A DNA stretch of 64,000 nt. Origin: Trypanosoma brucei. Lineage: Eukaryota. The notes under the pieces are model-generated. The model was not told the DNA's origin. It ran no database searches and saw only the letters and a list, made by a program, of their open reading frames with translations. Both the position numbers and the translations under genes were made by a program. Shown here piece by piece: positions 41,775 to 53,161 of the stretch (position 1 is the stretch's first letter; every line of letters starts with the position of its first letter). Where the stretch lies: positions 864,001-928,000 of the forward strand of contig CP000067.1 of NCBI GenBank assembly GCA_000002445.1, written 5' to 3'.

Positions 41775-42429
41775 ATTTAGATTCCTTTACGGCTACGAAC
41801 AGGTGCAATATCCGCACCTCTCCTCAACTGGCTAGTGGAAGTAGTAAGAGAAATAAGAAACGAAAACAAACAAGTGAAAGACAAAGAGGAGAAAAAAAAA
41901 GTATCAGCACAGAAAAGAGCAACGGGGATGGATCTGCACTAAAAGCAGAGGGGCGCTACATACGGTTAATTTCGTCGCACCACGCCTTATTATATAAATA
42001 TACCAGGTAAGAATAACCCTAAGTCACCACATAGCGTACAAAGTGGTAATTCTAACAGAAAGGGATGAACCAGAAACTTATCTTGCCCACAGCGTAAAAG
42101 AAATGTGAGGGAACACGAAACGGAGGAGAGTGACAACGAAGTTTAACAGCTGTTTTCGGAAACATCTACGTAAAATAAATAAATGAAATAAGTAAAATCG
42201 ATATCTGTATATTCTCGTGTTGCAGCTTAGGAAAGATGAACAAAAAACCTGGGAATAGGAAATACGTACAGATAGAAAAATAAAAATAAAAAACGTTCGT
42301 TCACGACCGCAATTGTATAGGAAAAAATAAGAAAATAGTCACTACCACGCCGCGTACCTGCAGAACCTTCAGTGTCATGGGAAGGAATGAGGCCGCTCGA
42401 GAATGTCAACGCAGCTGCTTAAATGTCCG

Positions 42430-42966
42430 CTAAAGGCAACAGTGCGTGATTGTGGTTAACAAGTATAGAGCGACAGCGGCGCAAAGAAGATATGAACCGA
42501 CATCAATTTTAAAACCACGTTCCTTGAACGGGGCGTACTTGTCGCGCAGTTTCGGATCGCCTTGGCAGTAACCTCTCAAATAACCGAGAGTAACGAGTCC
42601 AATACAAGTTATTGCACCCAGAAGAGAAAAAAAGACCAGCGATAAAGAGACAGCCTTCAAGTGCTTCATTTTTTTTCCGCAGGCAACCACACCACAGAGA
42701 AATAGAAGAGAAATGAGTCCAACTGCGGCAGCCGCTGCGACAGCGCCCATACTGACCTGAAAGTATACACTGTACTCGTAGCATTCACTCTCCCGGACAC
42801 TTGTCTTGCTTTCTGTACTCGCAGTTTTTTCCATGTAGTACCATAGGGTTTGGATCGCTTCCTTTGTTTCATTCTTCATGCGAAAAACGGGGAAGATAAT
42901 CGTACACACTGAAGTACTGGCACCCAGTAGAGTCATTAGTATTGTCAAACAGCCGCAACACAGCAT
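42430..42966 (-). CDS. four-TM Cys-rich small membrane protein, paralogue c, 178 aa
   Basis: 'MLCCGCLTILMTLLGASTSVCTIIFPVFRMKNETKEAIQTLWYYMEK...' is near-identical to paralogue b over the first about 45 aa, then diverges strongly (poly-Ala 'GAVAAAAAVG'). C-terminal '...THCCL' versus b 'VAGCCL'. Confidence 0.5.
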   Translation of the reverse strand: MLCCGCLTILMTLLGASTSVCTIIFPVFRMKNETKEAIQTLWYYMEKTASTESKTSVRESECYEYSVYFQVSMGAVAAAAAVGLISLLFLCGVVACGKKMKHLKAVSLSLVFFSLLGAITCIGLVTLGYLRGYCQGDPKLRDKYAPFKERGFKIDVGSYLLCAAVALYLLTTITHCCL

Positions 42967-43200
42967 GTTTCCTCCACCGGTTAAACGACAACTGATAACG
43001 AGGCTTGTCTTAAGAACTTACACAACTTCCAAATAGAGCTCAAGAAGAAGAGAAAAGTATTGTGAGTCACGTACAGCAAAGGATCAAAGCAGAGAGAGAG
43101 AGAGCGAAAAGGAAAGATTGGGTAACGGCAACAACAGAAGAAGTGAAACATGTAGAGAAACGTGCATGAAAGCCAACGAGGCAATACCAAAAGTGGCCAG

Positions 43201-43259
43201 TCAGATGTTTGTGTAGCGCTCGTCCACAGGCCTGTCGAAATCCACATCCAATTCACAGA
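43201..43259 (-). pseudogene. RPB6 3'-terminal remnant (last about 17 codons plus stop) at the edge of the tandem array
   Basis: 42978..43259 repeats the RPB6 downstream flank plus the RPB6 C-terminal codons ('...[16 protein letters not shown]'). Homology stops abruptly at 43259/43260. Confidence 0.5.
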
Positions 43260-43281
43260 TTGGCGTTACCGTAAACGATAG

Positions 43282-45546
43282 CTAACTAACCCAGTTGTTG
43301 GTGCGCTGCAGCACTTCGAGGATCTTCTCCATGTAAACGCGAAACTCCTCGGGACGCATATTTCCATCACTTCCGCTGAAATTTTGTCCCTGAATAATCG
43401 AATGCCCGCCGTACGATTGGTCCCCGTTCGCAACTACAATACGGTCACCACTGCGCTCCTCGTTAAGGTCTTTGCCATTTTTTGGCCTTCTTTGATGGAC
43501 GCAGTACGGTTTTTTAACTAAGAAATGAGCCCGTGAGTCCAAGACGGTTGGCTCGGTAGGGGGTGGCTGGAGTGTTGCGAGAAAAGTCTCTCGGGGCTTA
43601 TGTTCGTAGTCGTAGCGTAAAAGCGCGAGTTGGGTGCGGAGGCCACTAAGTTCGCTTTCCATTGCGTTGTCGCCATAGACACGATAGACTTCATCCAGTA
43701 TGTACTTCCGCTCCTCGGGGGTAAGGTCGTAGCGACGCCGATCCGCCCATAAGAGCAGCTCATCAAGCCATGATGCTTTGAATGTGTTGCAAGAGCGTGT
43801 TGCATACCGATACAGTTCCAGTAGCTTGGGGGACTCAGTGCGCAAGTATACCTTCATCAGCCGGGACACGATGCGGGAACTGAATGGAATCCCTTTTTCA
43901 CTGACAGCCCGAGAAACCTCGCCTGCACCACCACCGGGATCTGTAGAATTGTGAGCATGTTGAAGGAGAGCACAGAAATAAACCTCCTCATTAGAATGGG
44001 TCAGGAGTAACTCACGACATGGTCGAAGGTATTCCTCTTCAAAGCGAGGAACCTGACATTTCGACAAGGCAAGAAGAGAAGTTTGCAGCAAATATTCATT
44101 GCCACGGCGGTCCTCCACGCGGGTGGCGTCGGACAGCGCGTCCTTAGCCTGCACAAAAGCGCCGAGAGCCACATCTGCCGCCCTCATCTCTCCTGCTGCA
44201 ATAAGTACAATGCTCCATACGCTAATGCTTAGCTTCTCCCCACAGCGTAGCATTGCTCGTGCGGTGAAAACAATCTTTCTGTTATCCTTTGCCGCATGCA
44301 ATACAGTGAGAAGTTGAAAGAAGAGGTAGTCGGAAACGCCCTCCATTATTTTCTCACATTCACCAACTGCACGGAAATCTTGCCCATCTGCGGCTGTTCC
44401 GGATCGCATCGCACGCGAGCGATGCCCCAAAAGAACATCACAGCCCACACTCTCCACACCAAGGCGGGACCCAACTTCATCAAAGTAATGTAACGCCTCG
44501 TGGACGTGCTGCCCCGCCCTGCAGGTTGCAATAAGGGTAGCGTAGAACCATTGTTCTTCGGATATTACCCCATGATCAACGCGAGTAGCGCCATTTGCAC
44601 TTCCGCCGTAGGAGACCTCACCACTACCAGTGTCACTGGTGGTGATACTCAAATTGGAGCCGCCTTCTTCCGTCAAGTTCGTGGTGCCACATCCTCTACG
44701 AAGGAAGCCGCGTCGAAGGCAGAAGCGAAAGAAAAGCATTTCCCCCTCGTCTCCGCATGATGCATACTGCACAAACCGCCTAACTGTGTATATGGCATCT
44801 TGCACACTGAGCTCCCGGGAGGCCTCGGGGTATAGAACTGCAATGTACTCCTTAAATATGTACGCGGCATCTTGAAGGGCTTGTTTAGCATCAACAGAGC
44901 GCGCTTTTTCAAGATGTGCGACAATGCAAACACAGCGCCAGAAGGTGCGGGCCAACGAAAATGAACTCATCACCTCCCAGCCAAGCGAGGGTTCGTGCTG
45001 GAGGTGCTTCATGCAGTGGGCTCCCAAACGGACCAAATCACTTGTACTTCCGAGGCTGTAGGCACTGTCCACAACGGAATCGGAGACGGCGAAGCTACCC
45101 GCCACGCTATTAGCCTCAGCCATAGAGGAAGAGCACACGAGGTTCGCACGACCATAGTAAATTGCAAGACAGAGTTCGTGCAGACCCGCCACGTGTGCCA
45201 ACTGCCCATACTCACGCACACACTTGTAGCTCACCTCCGCTAACCGTCGGCTAAGAAGCTCAGAAACGTGTGCGTGGACTGCCGCGGTCTGACTTGGGTC
45301 AAAATTGGTTCGACTGAAACGATGTAAACGGCGACTGAACTCCTCTGTTGAGAGGAAGGTTAATTCTTTTGCCATGTGTCTGTACGCCTCCGTGCTTGTG
45401 TCGACATGAACCATTGTTTTTGCGCCCACACGCGCTGCTAACGGGGTGACTCCAACGCCGCTAACACTCCTGATGGTATTTTTCCCGCTTCCATACTTGA
45501 AAACTGGCAGCACACTCGCGACGTGTGTAAAGAACCGACTCCTCAT
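43282..45546 (-). CDS. hypothetical alpha-helical protein, 754 aa
   Basis: Long ORF in PTU orientation. Leu/Ala-rich helical composition throughout. No motif recognised. Confidence 0.45.
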   Translation of the reverse strand: MRSRFFTHVASVLPVFKYGSGKNTIRSVSGVGVTPLAARVGAKTMVHVDTSTEAYRHMAKELTFLSTEEFSRRLHRFSRTNFDPSQTAAVHAHVSELLSRRLAEVSYKCVREYGQLAHVAGLHELCLAIYYGRANLVCSSSMAEANSVAGSFAVSDSVVDSAYSLGSTSDLVRLGAHCMKHLQHEPSLGWEVMSSFSLARTFWRCVCIVAHLEKARSVDAKQALQDAAYIFKEYIAVLYPEASRELSVQDAIYTVRRFVQYASCGDEGEMLFFRFCLRRGFLRRGCGTTNLTEEGGSNLSITTSDTGSGEVSYGGSANGATRVDHGVISEEQWFYATLIATCRAGQHVHEALHYFDEVGSRLGVESVGCDVLLGHRSRAMRSGTAADGQDFRAVGECEKIMEGVSDYLFFQLLTVLHAAKDNRKIVFTARAMLRCGEKLSISVWSIVLIAAGEMRAADVALGAFVQAKDALSDATRVEDRRGNEYLLQTSLLALSKCQVPRFEEEYLRPCRELLLTHSNEEVYFCALLQHAHNSTDPGGGAGEVSRAVSEKGIPFSSRIVSRLMKVYLRTESPKLLELYRYATRSCNTFKASWLDELLLWADRRRYDLTPEERKYILDEVYRVYGDNAMESELSGLRTQLALLRYDYEHKPRETFLATLQPPPTEPTVLDSRAHFLVKKPYCVHQRRPKNGKDLNEERSGDRIVVANGDQSYGGHSIIQGQNFSGSDGNMRPEEFRVYMEKILEVLQRTNNWVS

Positions 45547-46084
45547 GGTGTATACTTGCGGCCTTCAGAATGGGGGTTTGTGCGTGTTTAACTCAACTCA
45601 CAGACGCCAAACAAACACTTTCTCTATAGGCATGCTCTGCTCTCATAGTGTGCGATTTAGAGGCCGCCGCGTGAAGAGGAAGTGGAAGGGTGGTAGGAAC
45701 AAAAACGGAAGGTTGTAAAAGCGTTGGAAAGGGGGGGAAAAGACTTACAGATACTAGTCAACACTCATGGAAAAAGAGATAGAGAGGGACATAAGAAAAG
45801 CACACAATCGATCAAAACAAACGCGTGCCGCCAGAGAGAATCAACGCCCACCCTGAAAGCTCACATGCTGCGGGTGGGCAACTCAGCATCACATAAAAGA
45901 AAAGGGAACCGGAGGATGCAACGGAACTAAACAATATGTCCCTGGCTCAAAGCCTAGTATGCCAGGCATTTGCACCCCCTCCACCACTGTTCCTGCCTTC
46001 GACTTCAGCGCTGTCACGCCTACATCTCGACAGCACCGCGCATACTTCCCTTCCTCTCTTCCCGCACCGCTGCCGCATGAGAGT

Positions 46085-47323
46085 TCACTTCTGGAGCCCC
46101 TTTAGCGCTGCTGATATGTCGGCAAAGTGTAGCTTGATCCTCGGCTTCACGTTGTCCCCTCCCTTTTCCTCCGCAACGGCAACCGGGGTAGCAGGGGCGT
46201 GCCTATTAATCAACTCTAGAATGGGTCCGTTATTCCATAGCTGCCATTCTGCTGAATTTGCACTGTTCTTCTTCTTTCCCACCCATTTCCCCCAAGCACT
46301 TCCTGGGTCCTCAAGATCACCCTCACATCGCTGCAAGGGCATGGGCGCCTCCGCGTCGGGAAGAGCAAACACGCGCTGATGCAACAAGTTGCATGTTGCC
46401 TCGTCGCCATTGCAAAGACCCATTAGAAAGCATATGCAAAGGTCGTACGGTGCGCCGCGGAAAAGACAGGTTTCGCCGTGTAGGCAACTACCCCACACAC
46501 GGTGGCATGGGTGCTTGCTACTTTCCAGTGATTGCTGCTGTTGTGACGCAGCTGTCATCCCCCTAGCTAGCAGTGCTCCACCAACGTTGCCTGCATTCGA
46601 AACGGTGTTCATCGCCGTCGCTGGAAGCTGCTGAATGTGAGTTGGGCGGCTTCCCCCTGGAATAGTCGGCACCGCCACACGGTCGGCCGAAGGCGCCACA
46701 GCTTCAGCAGGCCGACTCGCGATGTCCTCCGACATCTCCATAACCCTCGAAGGTGTGTAATTTAACCAGGAAAGGAGGGAGGGAAACGGAACAACACGAC
46801 TCGGGCGGTACGTGCGTGGCCTAATGATACGCGTGAAACATCGTGTGCAAAGCATCAATTGGTGCACAGCATCGATAGCAAGTGAATCAGATATGATGTT
46901 ATCGCGACGGCACTTGTTGCAGTAGAAGGAAACTTGCTCTGAAAGTTGCCAGAGTTTCGTATTCGGGGCGGCGCTTGTGTTTGCATCGAGTGGGGTCTTC
47001 TTATTGCGTGCGCTAAATGTCCTGAAATTGTTAAATGTTAAACGCCTGGGGCCACCACGGTCACTGCCTGCCACCTGCGACACCACAGCACCAGAACCGC
47101 CTGAGGCAGGAGCAATAGCAACAATGGCACCCGCAGAGGTGTCGGAAGGACGAGGTTGATGGTAATTAGCACGCCCGTGTTTATTGTACGGCTCCCCCCT
47201 GTTGTAGACACCACGTGAGTGCATGACGCACCTTTTTTTTTCCTCACCCGGCTCGTCTGGATCGCTGGGAGGCCACGAACCTTTCTCCAACTTTGCCCCA
47301 CACACCCACACACACACACACAC
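46085..47323 (-). CDS. hypothetical protein with Cys/His-rich (CCCH-like) segment, 412 aa
   Basis: 'CICFLMGLCNGDEATCNLLH' approximates C-x8-C-x6-C-x3-H. Additional 'CNKCRRD...CTRCFTRI'. N-terminal region low complexity. The zinc-finger call is tentative. Confidence 0.4.
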   Translation of the reverse strand: MCVCVWVCGAKLEKGSWPPSDPDEPGEEKKRCVMHSRGVYNRGEPYNKHGRANYHQPRPSDTSAGAIVAIAPASGGSGAVVSQVAGSDRGGPRRLTFNNFRTFSARNKKTPLDANTSAAPNTKLWQLSEQVSFYCNKCRRDNIISDSLAIDAVHQLMLCTRCFTRIIRPRTYRPSRVVPFPSLLSWLNYTPSRVMEMSEDIASRPAEAVAPSADRVAVPTIPGGSRPTHIQQLPATAMNTVSNAGNVGGALLARGMTAASQQQQSLESSKHPCHRVWGSCLHGETCLFRGAPYDLCICFLMGLCNGDEATCNLLHQRVFALPDAEAPMPLQRCEGDLEDPGSAWGKWVGKKKNSANSAEWQLWNNGPILELINRHAPATPVAVAEEKGGDNVKPRIKLHFADISAALKGLQK

Positions 47324-47750
47324 GCACGCAGCTTTGCTTTCTTTGCTAACTATCCCCCTTCTCCAATTTTATTTTCCTTAATGTCTAATGCTCAAAACCA
47401 CCTCCACACAAATGCTGCGCGGCGCAAAATGCGGGGTTAACTTAAGTTCCCCTTAACTCAGGTGGGTAAAGAGGCGAAGACACAACCGGATGGAGTGGGG
47501 AAAACAAAAAAGGAGAACTGTTGATGGCGTCGCGGAAATGGCGAGCGGGGGCAACGCAGAAGGCAGCGAAAGCAACAGAAGAGAAGGGGGAGGGCGGCAC
47601 CATAAAGGCCCACCATATCCATATCCCCGTGCACAAAAAAAGGATGAATATATGCAAAAAGAAATAAAAACAAAAGGTGATCAGTCGAGCCCCTGAGGTA
47701 CTGCAAACCCTCTCACAGAAGAAGCAGCGGCAGCCGCATCTTCACTCCCA

Positions 47751-48419
47751 TCACGCAAGACCAAACTTCTTGAGAACCTCCACATTCTTCTGGGGCATCT
47801 TCTTGAGGGCCTCCTTGCGGGCATTCTTCCAAGCGACGCGAACCTTCTCCATCTTCTTGTGGTGACGCCCGGACTTTTCAATACGGGCTGCCTCAAGTTT
47901 CTCCACAACGTCGCTGTACTTCCATCCAACGTGTTTGCACATGTTACCCAACACCGTGAAGCGGCGCTCGTTACGGTAGCAGTTGTGACGCTGCGCCTTG
48001 GGAATCACTACACGACCACCGGTACGCACGACGTTGACGGGTACGCCCTCGTAAGCAACGAGCTGGCGGAGCGCGCGCTGGCCTCGCTTTGTGTAACGCG
48101 GCAGCATGGAGCGAACTGTCCGGATAAACACATCAGAGGGGCTACGGTGGTGAAAGGGTCCAAGTTTCGGGTTGGACAGCTTCCGCTTGCGAAGGAACTG
48201 CAGGTACTTGATCTTGTTGCGAATCTCCGACCCAGCGATAGTCAGCTTCTCACAGCGAACCACAGTAATCTTCTTTCCGAGAAGCAGCTGTTTGGCGACT
48301 ATCGCGGCCGCACGACCCAACACATGGTCCTTCAGGTCAATAACAATAATGTCTGGACGGTGCTTCTTAAAGCCCTTGCGGCTGCTGCGATTCAGGGACC
48401 TACGGCTGGGAAGAACCAT
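47751..48419 (-). CDS. RPL13A: 60S ribosomal protein L13a (uL13), about 222 aa (start reassigned to internal Met)
   Basis: 'VIDLKDHVLGRAAAIVAKQLLLGKKITVVRCEKLTIAGSEIRNKIKYLQFLRKRKLSNPKLGPFHHRSPSDVFIRTVRSMLP...KRGQRALRQL' is the conserved uL13/L13a core. The 342-aa track ORF extends upstream through hydrophobic low-complexity sequence unlikely to be coding. Met at residue 121 ('MVLPSRRS') chosen. Confidence 0.8.
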   Translation of the reverse strand: MVLPSRRSLNRSSRKGFKKHRPDIIVIDLKDHVLGRAAAIVAKQLLLGKKITVVRCEKLTIAGSEIRNKIKYLQFLRKRKLSNPKLGPFHHRSPSDVFIRTVRSMLPRYTKRGQRALRQLVAYEGVPVNVVRTGGRVVIPKAQRHNCYRNERRFTVLGNMCKHVGWKYSDVVEKLEAARIEKSGRHHKKMEKVRVAWKNARKEALKKMPQKNVEVLKKFGLA

Positions 48420-49573
48420 CGTCCAGGCGTTTGACGGTGCTTTCCCTCCGTTGACTACCAAGAGGTTGCTAGGCAAAACGGAGGGTAAATGCCGAGAAAA
48501 CGTTGGGATTTTTTTAAAAAAAATCAAGCGAAGAGAACGTTGAAAGAATGTCAATATTTGTGAATGAGCCGGGGTACGGCCACTCAGCAGCGCAAAGTGG
48601 TACTGCGGGAGGACCAAAAGCCGGGTAGCTAACCAAACCGCGCCCTTTGAGCCAAGTGTAAGAAGTCCCCGAAAATGAAGGGGGAATCTTACTGAGATGA
48701 GCTTGTGACTGAGTGCAAAAAGGAACAGAATTTGCAAACCCTTCATATTGCCGAGAGGAGCACGCACACATACACGCATTTAAGTATATAAGAGCAGACG
48801 ACGCATAAACCGGCACAGCACAACCGTCTGCAAATCCGTGCAAAATGTGGCTGCGGTGAACACTATACGAGCAAGTTCACTCAACGTTACACACATAGTC
48901 AAGTGAAAGACCACTGAGGATGCTTGTAAGTGCGCACGTGCACGAATACATCTACATTTCTGTCCGTGTATTTGTTCGTTTGTTTTTGGACAAAGATGAA
49001 CAGAGACTAAAAGCAAACAATGCGCCGGTCCAGCAGTACAATCCACACACCGAATTGGGTATCCCATCCGTAAATGAAGAACACACCGTCCTCCCTCAAA
49101 GTGATGGTCCCACGCTCAAAAATTCGCAATCGCCGATTCTGCTCCCTCCCCTCCCACTTTAGAACAAAATCAGAAAACACGCAAGTTTGAATTTTCGCAA
49201 AAACAAAGTGTTCCCTTCATTTCGCTCACTATTTCACCTTTCGTTAATATTTATTCACTTCGTCACGCTTAATTCACCACAGGGCACGCAAGCGTTACAC
49301 TCCTGACCTATCACTGCCCTTCCCGTTGCCCCCCCCCTCTCATCAGACCAGCACCCAAAAACGTACACGTAGGCACTCCCTCAGCCACCTCTGCGACTAC
49401 CGCAAGAGTACCTTCCCCACAGTTATATTCTTCATTCAACACAGCACCAAACAAAACAACAGCTTCCCTCACATTTCCTCGAGCAATTCAGTACCCTTAC
49501 CCCTCCTTTACTTCCATTAAACATAAACAACTAACACATAGTAATCTATTTGCTCCTACCCGTCACATCGCAC

Positions 49574-50554
49574 TTAATCGTATTGTGGTCTAAATATCTC
49601 AAAGCGGCACTTACAGTTTTCGTCCATAATCATCATAGCACCGCTGTTAGTAAACTCACCGCAGTAATTCGAGGCGCTGAAAATGGTTACAAGCTGCCGT
49701 CCCGCAAAAAATTGGTAACCTTTATCAACAACCTGGTGAGCGCGGAGAACAACGTCAATATCAAGCCTTTCACATGTTTCCTTAACGATGTCTTCCCCAA
49801 ACGTGTAGCTGACACCGCGCTCACTCTCCATCCAACCACTTCCCGCCTCCTCGGGATCAGCCCAGAGCAGATCACACGCAAGTCCGGTGTCAGGAACGAT
49901 AAGTGGGCGCTCGATCCTCTCAATCTGTCGTAAGTTGCGTAGGTCCGGGCTCAGACCACCGTGCATGCAGAGTGCAATGTCATCAATGAGCGCAGCAATC
50001 GGCAAACAATTGAACACATCAGTGAACTCCTTGAATAGTTTCACTGAAAAACGCCGCTTCACCTCATCAAAGAAACCGTATATCCTGCAGATGCTGTCGG
50101 ATTCATGATTGCCACGAAGAACACACATGCCGTCAGGGTACAGGATCTTCAATCCCAGAAGCACAACAATCACCTCCGTCCCATGCTTCCCACGATCTAC
50201 GTAATCGCCTAAAAACAGGTAGTTCGTTGCGGGAGGCATCCCACCGGCACGGAATATCTCTACAAGATCACCAATTTGGCCATGAATGTCTCCACAGACG
50301 TTGATCGGAGCCTGCAGTCGAACCAGCATGGGTTGGGCCATGAGGATGGGCCGAACAAGTCGGAGAATGGTGCTTATTATTTGGCCATCCAGCAACTCCT
50401 GGGCTGATTGCCAATCTTTCAGGATTGATTCCACTAGACGCTGAATGGTTTCTCTGTCACGATTAGAAGGGTCTGGCCGAGCTCCGTGGGACCACCGCCC
50501 AGATTGTGCCTCAGACGAATTGGTACGTCCCCGTTTCCGCACAATAGTCGACAT
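49574..50554 (-). CDS. divergent PP1-like PPP-family Ser/Thr phosphatase, 326 aa
   Basis: PPP motifs 'GDIHGQ', 'GDYVDRG', 'LRGNHE', 'HGG', 'RAHQ', variant 'SASNYC' (canonical SAPNYC). About 70-aa Arg/Ser-rich N-terminal extension. Roughly 45% identity by eye to the PP1 array proteins. Confidence 0.85.
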   Translation of the reverse strand: MSTIVRKRGRTNSSEAQSGRWSHGARPDPSNRDRETIQRLVESILKDWQSAQELLDGQIISTILRLVRPILMAQPMLVRLQAPINVCGDIHGQIGDLVEIFRAGGMPPATNYLFLGDYVDRGKHGTEVIVVLLGLKILYPDGMCVLRGNHESDSICRIYGFFDEVKRRFSVKLFKEFTDVFNCLPIAALIDDIALCMHGGLSPDLRNLRQIERIERPLIVPDTGLACDLLWADPEEAGSGWMESERGVSYTFGEDIVKETCERLDIDVVLRAHQVVDKGYQFFAGRQLVTIFSASNYCGEFTNSGAMMIMDENCKCRFEIFRPQYD

Positions 50555-51104
50555 CCACAGCTCACACCAAAGTCTCTCCTCGAACAGTTAGAGTCCAAGT
50601 CTAATGTTAAAAAAATTTCACCCAGGGCTGGGAAAAACAGCAAGTCCCACAGTAGACGGCACAAGAAAACCTTGTTGAATGTACCTCACACCTTTGCCGA
50701 ACAGAATGGTCAGTGGGAGAAAAGGCTAGCTGAGTACCTGCTGTTGTGGTCCTTTTTGACGCGGCCTCACCTCACCCTCTGAATGGAGCGCCGTGTCACC
50801 CTAGTATACCTGACTAACATGCACGCAAGTTTAATAAATAATTCGACAGAGGGAAAGGAGCGGAATATTCCAAACAGCATAACAGTACATGGGGCAGCAG
50901 CACGAGGTGGTGTCGAACCTCCACCACCACCCATCTACGACATACACACACATGCACACAGATGCAAACAACTTATCGGATTAGCAGCATTATATAATAT
51001 GGAGAATAAAACCGAAAAAAAAAAATACCATTTCTCCTATTTTCCTCGTATCCCTTAGACCATTTAACTCTTCATCCTATCCCCCTTGCCTCTGGAATGG
51101 GCGA

Positions 51105-51785
51105 CTAGATTTTATTCCAGGCCACAATGTCCATTGACTGTACGGCATCTCCGAAAGACATGATCATCTCCTCCAGGTCATCTCCAGACACCTTATCGTC
51201 CTCAATGACAACCAACTGTTGCAGCTTCTTAACTCCGAACGCAATGGGTACCAGTTTGTGGTCACCCCACAGTAGACCGTCTCTCTTAATTGCATGGAGT
51301 TCCGTGGCAAGCTTTTGCAAATCCACTGTATCATCCCACGGCTTGATGTCAAACAGGATTGATGACTTTGCAATGATAACCTTCTTTGTGCTCTTGGCTG
51401 CGGCATCCTTCTTCTTCTTCGCCTCCAGGGCTGCAAGCTCCTCCTCCGTGGTCTCACCGAAGAGATCGATGTCATCGTCGTCGGCCTCAGCAGCCTTCCT
51501 TGCTGGGGTAGCAGCGGGAGCAGCAGCGGGGGCAGCAGCGGGGGCAGCGACAGGAGCGGCAACAGGGGGCGTGATCTTCACGGGGGCACCCCAGGCAGTG
51601 CGCTCGGCCTCGGTAAAAGAGGCGATATTCTTCACCCAGCGGAATACATTCGTATTGTCTCCACCGAGCAGATCGTTGAATGCCTTTACATCCTCCTCGG
51701 AGGGCTTCACGCCACCCAAAAATAGTTTCCCCTTAAGCTTCTCCTCCAGCTTCCCGCTCTTCACATTGACGTCCTTGATCGACAT
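51105..51785 (-). CDS. EF1B: translation elongation factor 1-beta (EF-1B guanine-nucleotide exchange subunit), copy 1, about 226 aa (start at internal Met 'MSIKDVNVKSG')
   Basis: C-terminal GEF domain 'KSSILFDIKPWDDTVDLQKLATELHAIKRDGLLWGDHKLVPIAFGVKKLQQLVVIEDDKVSGDDLEEMIMSFGDAVQSMDIVAWNKI'. Acidic linker 'DDDDIDLFGETTEEELAALEAKKKK'. A polyY tract falls inside the 35-aa upstream ORF extension, so that extension is treated as 5'UTR. Confidence 0.85.
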   Translation of the reverse strand: MSIKDVNVKSGKLEEKLKGKLFLGGVKPSEEDVKAFNDLLGGDNTNVFRWVKNIASFTEAERTAWGAPVKITPPVAAPVAAPAAAPAAAPAATPARKAAEADDDDIDLFGETTEEELAALEAKKKKDAAAKSTKKVIIAKSSILFDIKPWDDTVDLQKLATELHAIKRDGLLWGDHKLVPIAFGVKKLQQLVVIEDDKVSGDDLEEMIMSFGDAVQSMDIVAWNKI

Positions 51786-51892
51786 GTCCTTCCCGCTTCG
51801 ATTACACACAAATGAGCACTTGTTGTGGCATTTCACAATAGAAAAAAAAGCAAAGGGTATGAAAACGGGAGAATACATATGATCACACATCC

Positions 51893-51932
51893 GAAAGGCA
51901 GAAAGGGGAAAAAAAAGAAGGAAAGGGAAAGG
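51893..51932 (-). promoter_or_regulatory. polypyrimidine tract upstream of EF-1beta copy 1 (duplicated at about 53950..53989)
   Basis: +strand 'gaaaggcagaaaggggaaaaaaaagaaggaaagggaaagg'. A further (A)8 run lies inside the discarded N-terminal ORF extension. Confidence 0.45.
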
Positions 51933-53161
51933 ACCTGAACTCCGGGCAGTACTTGTACGTGCGCACTAGACATTGGCAGGTGCATCGACAGGGAAGGCAT
52001 CCAACGTACGAAGGACAAGCTTTGTTTGCTCCAATAGCGCCGCAACAGCTGCACGCAACGCCCGCTCCTGCGTGGCACATAGCCTAGCAAACACCGTCGA
52101 TCGCGCACTATCATCAGCCCATAGCTGAACCTCTCTCGATGTGCCAGGGACAGGTGGTTCTACGCGCAATACCTGCAACATGATGGATGCCACCTCAGGG
52201 TTCGGAAGGGGGAGCCGCAGCACACACTGCAGCAAATCGTGGTCCCCACCCCCTGCATCGGGATCCATACGCCTCATCAGCTTGCGAGTCACACTGATGA
52301 CAAACAGGTAACCAACTACACCTTACGTCACCTCCAGCCCAAAGACACAACAGAGAAGGGAGAAGGTTGGCTGCAGGGAACCACTCATGGCCACTTTCGA
52401 GGGGAGTGATACGGTGGGTAACAGGAAGAGGCTCACACCAAAAAGTGGGGCAAAAGGCACCAAAAACATGGGGGCAACCGCAGTTCCCCCCTTCGTATAA
52501 ACCGCAACCTGGGGCAACCAAGGAAAAGACCCTGCAGATCCTCAGCAAGAGCCAAAATACTGAAAGCGGGCGCGGCATTGATAAACTGCATTCGGTAGTG
52601 TATGTTTTCTAACCTGTGGCCGCATGGGCCTTTGTGCAGGACTAGAAGTGTGGTCTAGCAATACGAGAAACAAACGTCATTTACCACCTTCATTATTGTT
52701 GGGGTACAATAGACGGCACAAGAAAACCTTGTTGAATGTACCTCACACCTTTGCCGAACAGAATGGTCAGTGGGAGAAAAGGCTAGCTGAGTACCTGCTG
52801 TTGTGGTCCTTTTTGACGCGGCCTCACCTCACCCTCTGAATGGAGCGCCGTGTCACCCTAGTATACCTGACTAACATGCACGCAAGTTTAATAAATAATT
52901 CGACAGAGGGAAAGGAGCGGAATATTCCAAACAGCATAACAGTACATGGGGCAGCAGCACGAGGTGGTGTCGAACCTCCACCACCACCCATCTACGACAT
53001 ACACACACATGCACACAGATGCAAACAACTTATCGGATTAGCAGCATTATATAATATGGAGAATAAAACCGAAAAAAAAAAATACCATTTCTCCTATTTT
53101 CCTCGTATCCCTTAGACCATTTAACTCTTCATCCTATCCCCCTTGCCTCTGGAATGGGCGA

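Larger units (their letters stand above)
39140..43259 (-). repeat. tandem array, period about 1.97 kb, about 2.1 units: each unit is RPB6 plus a four-TM membrane-protein gene; terminal partial unit 42978..43259
   Basis: Unit starts align at about 39140, 41113 and 42978 ('...ggtgaaacgacaactgataacgag[a/g]cttgtcttaagaacttacacaacttccaaatagagctcaag...'). RPB6 halves are near-identical while the four-TM halves are diverged. Confidence 0.8.

Noticed and set aside
47751-48779. Upstream extensions of the L13a ORF (342 aa) and the EF-1beta ORFs (261 aa).
   Set aside because: The conserved protein families start at the internal Met. The extensions are hydrophobic low-complexity sequence, and for EF-1beta the extension contains the pyrimidine tract expected in the 5' flank.
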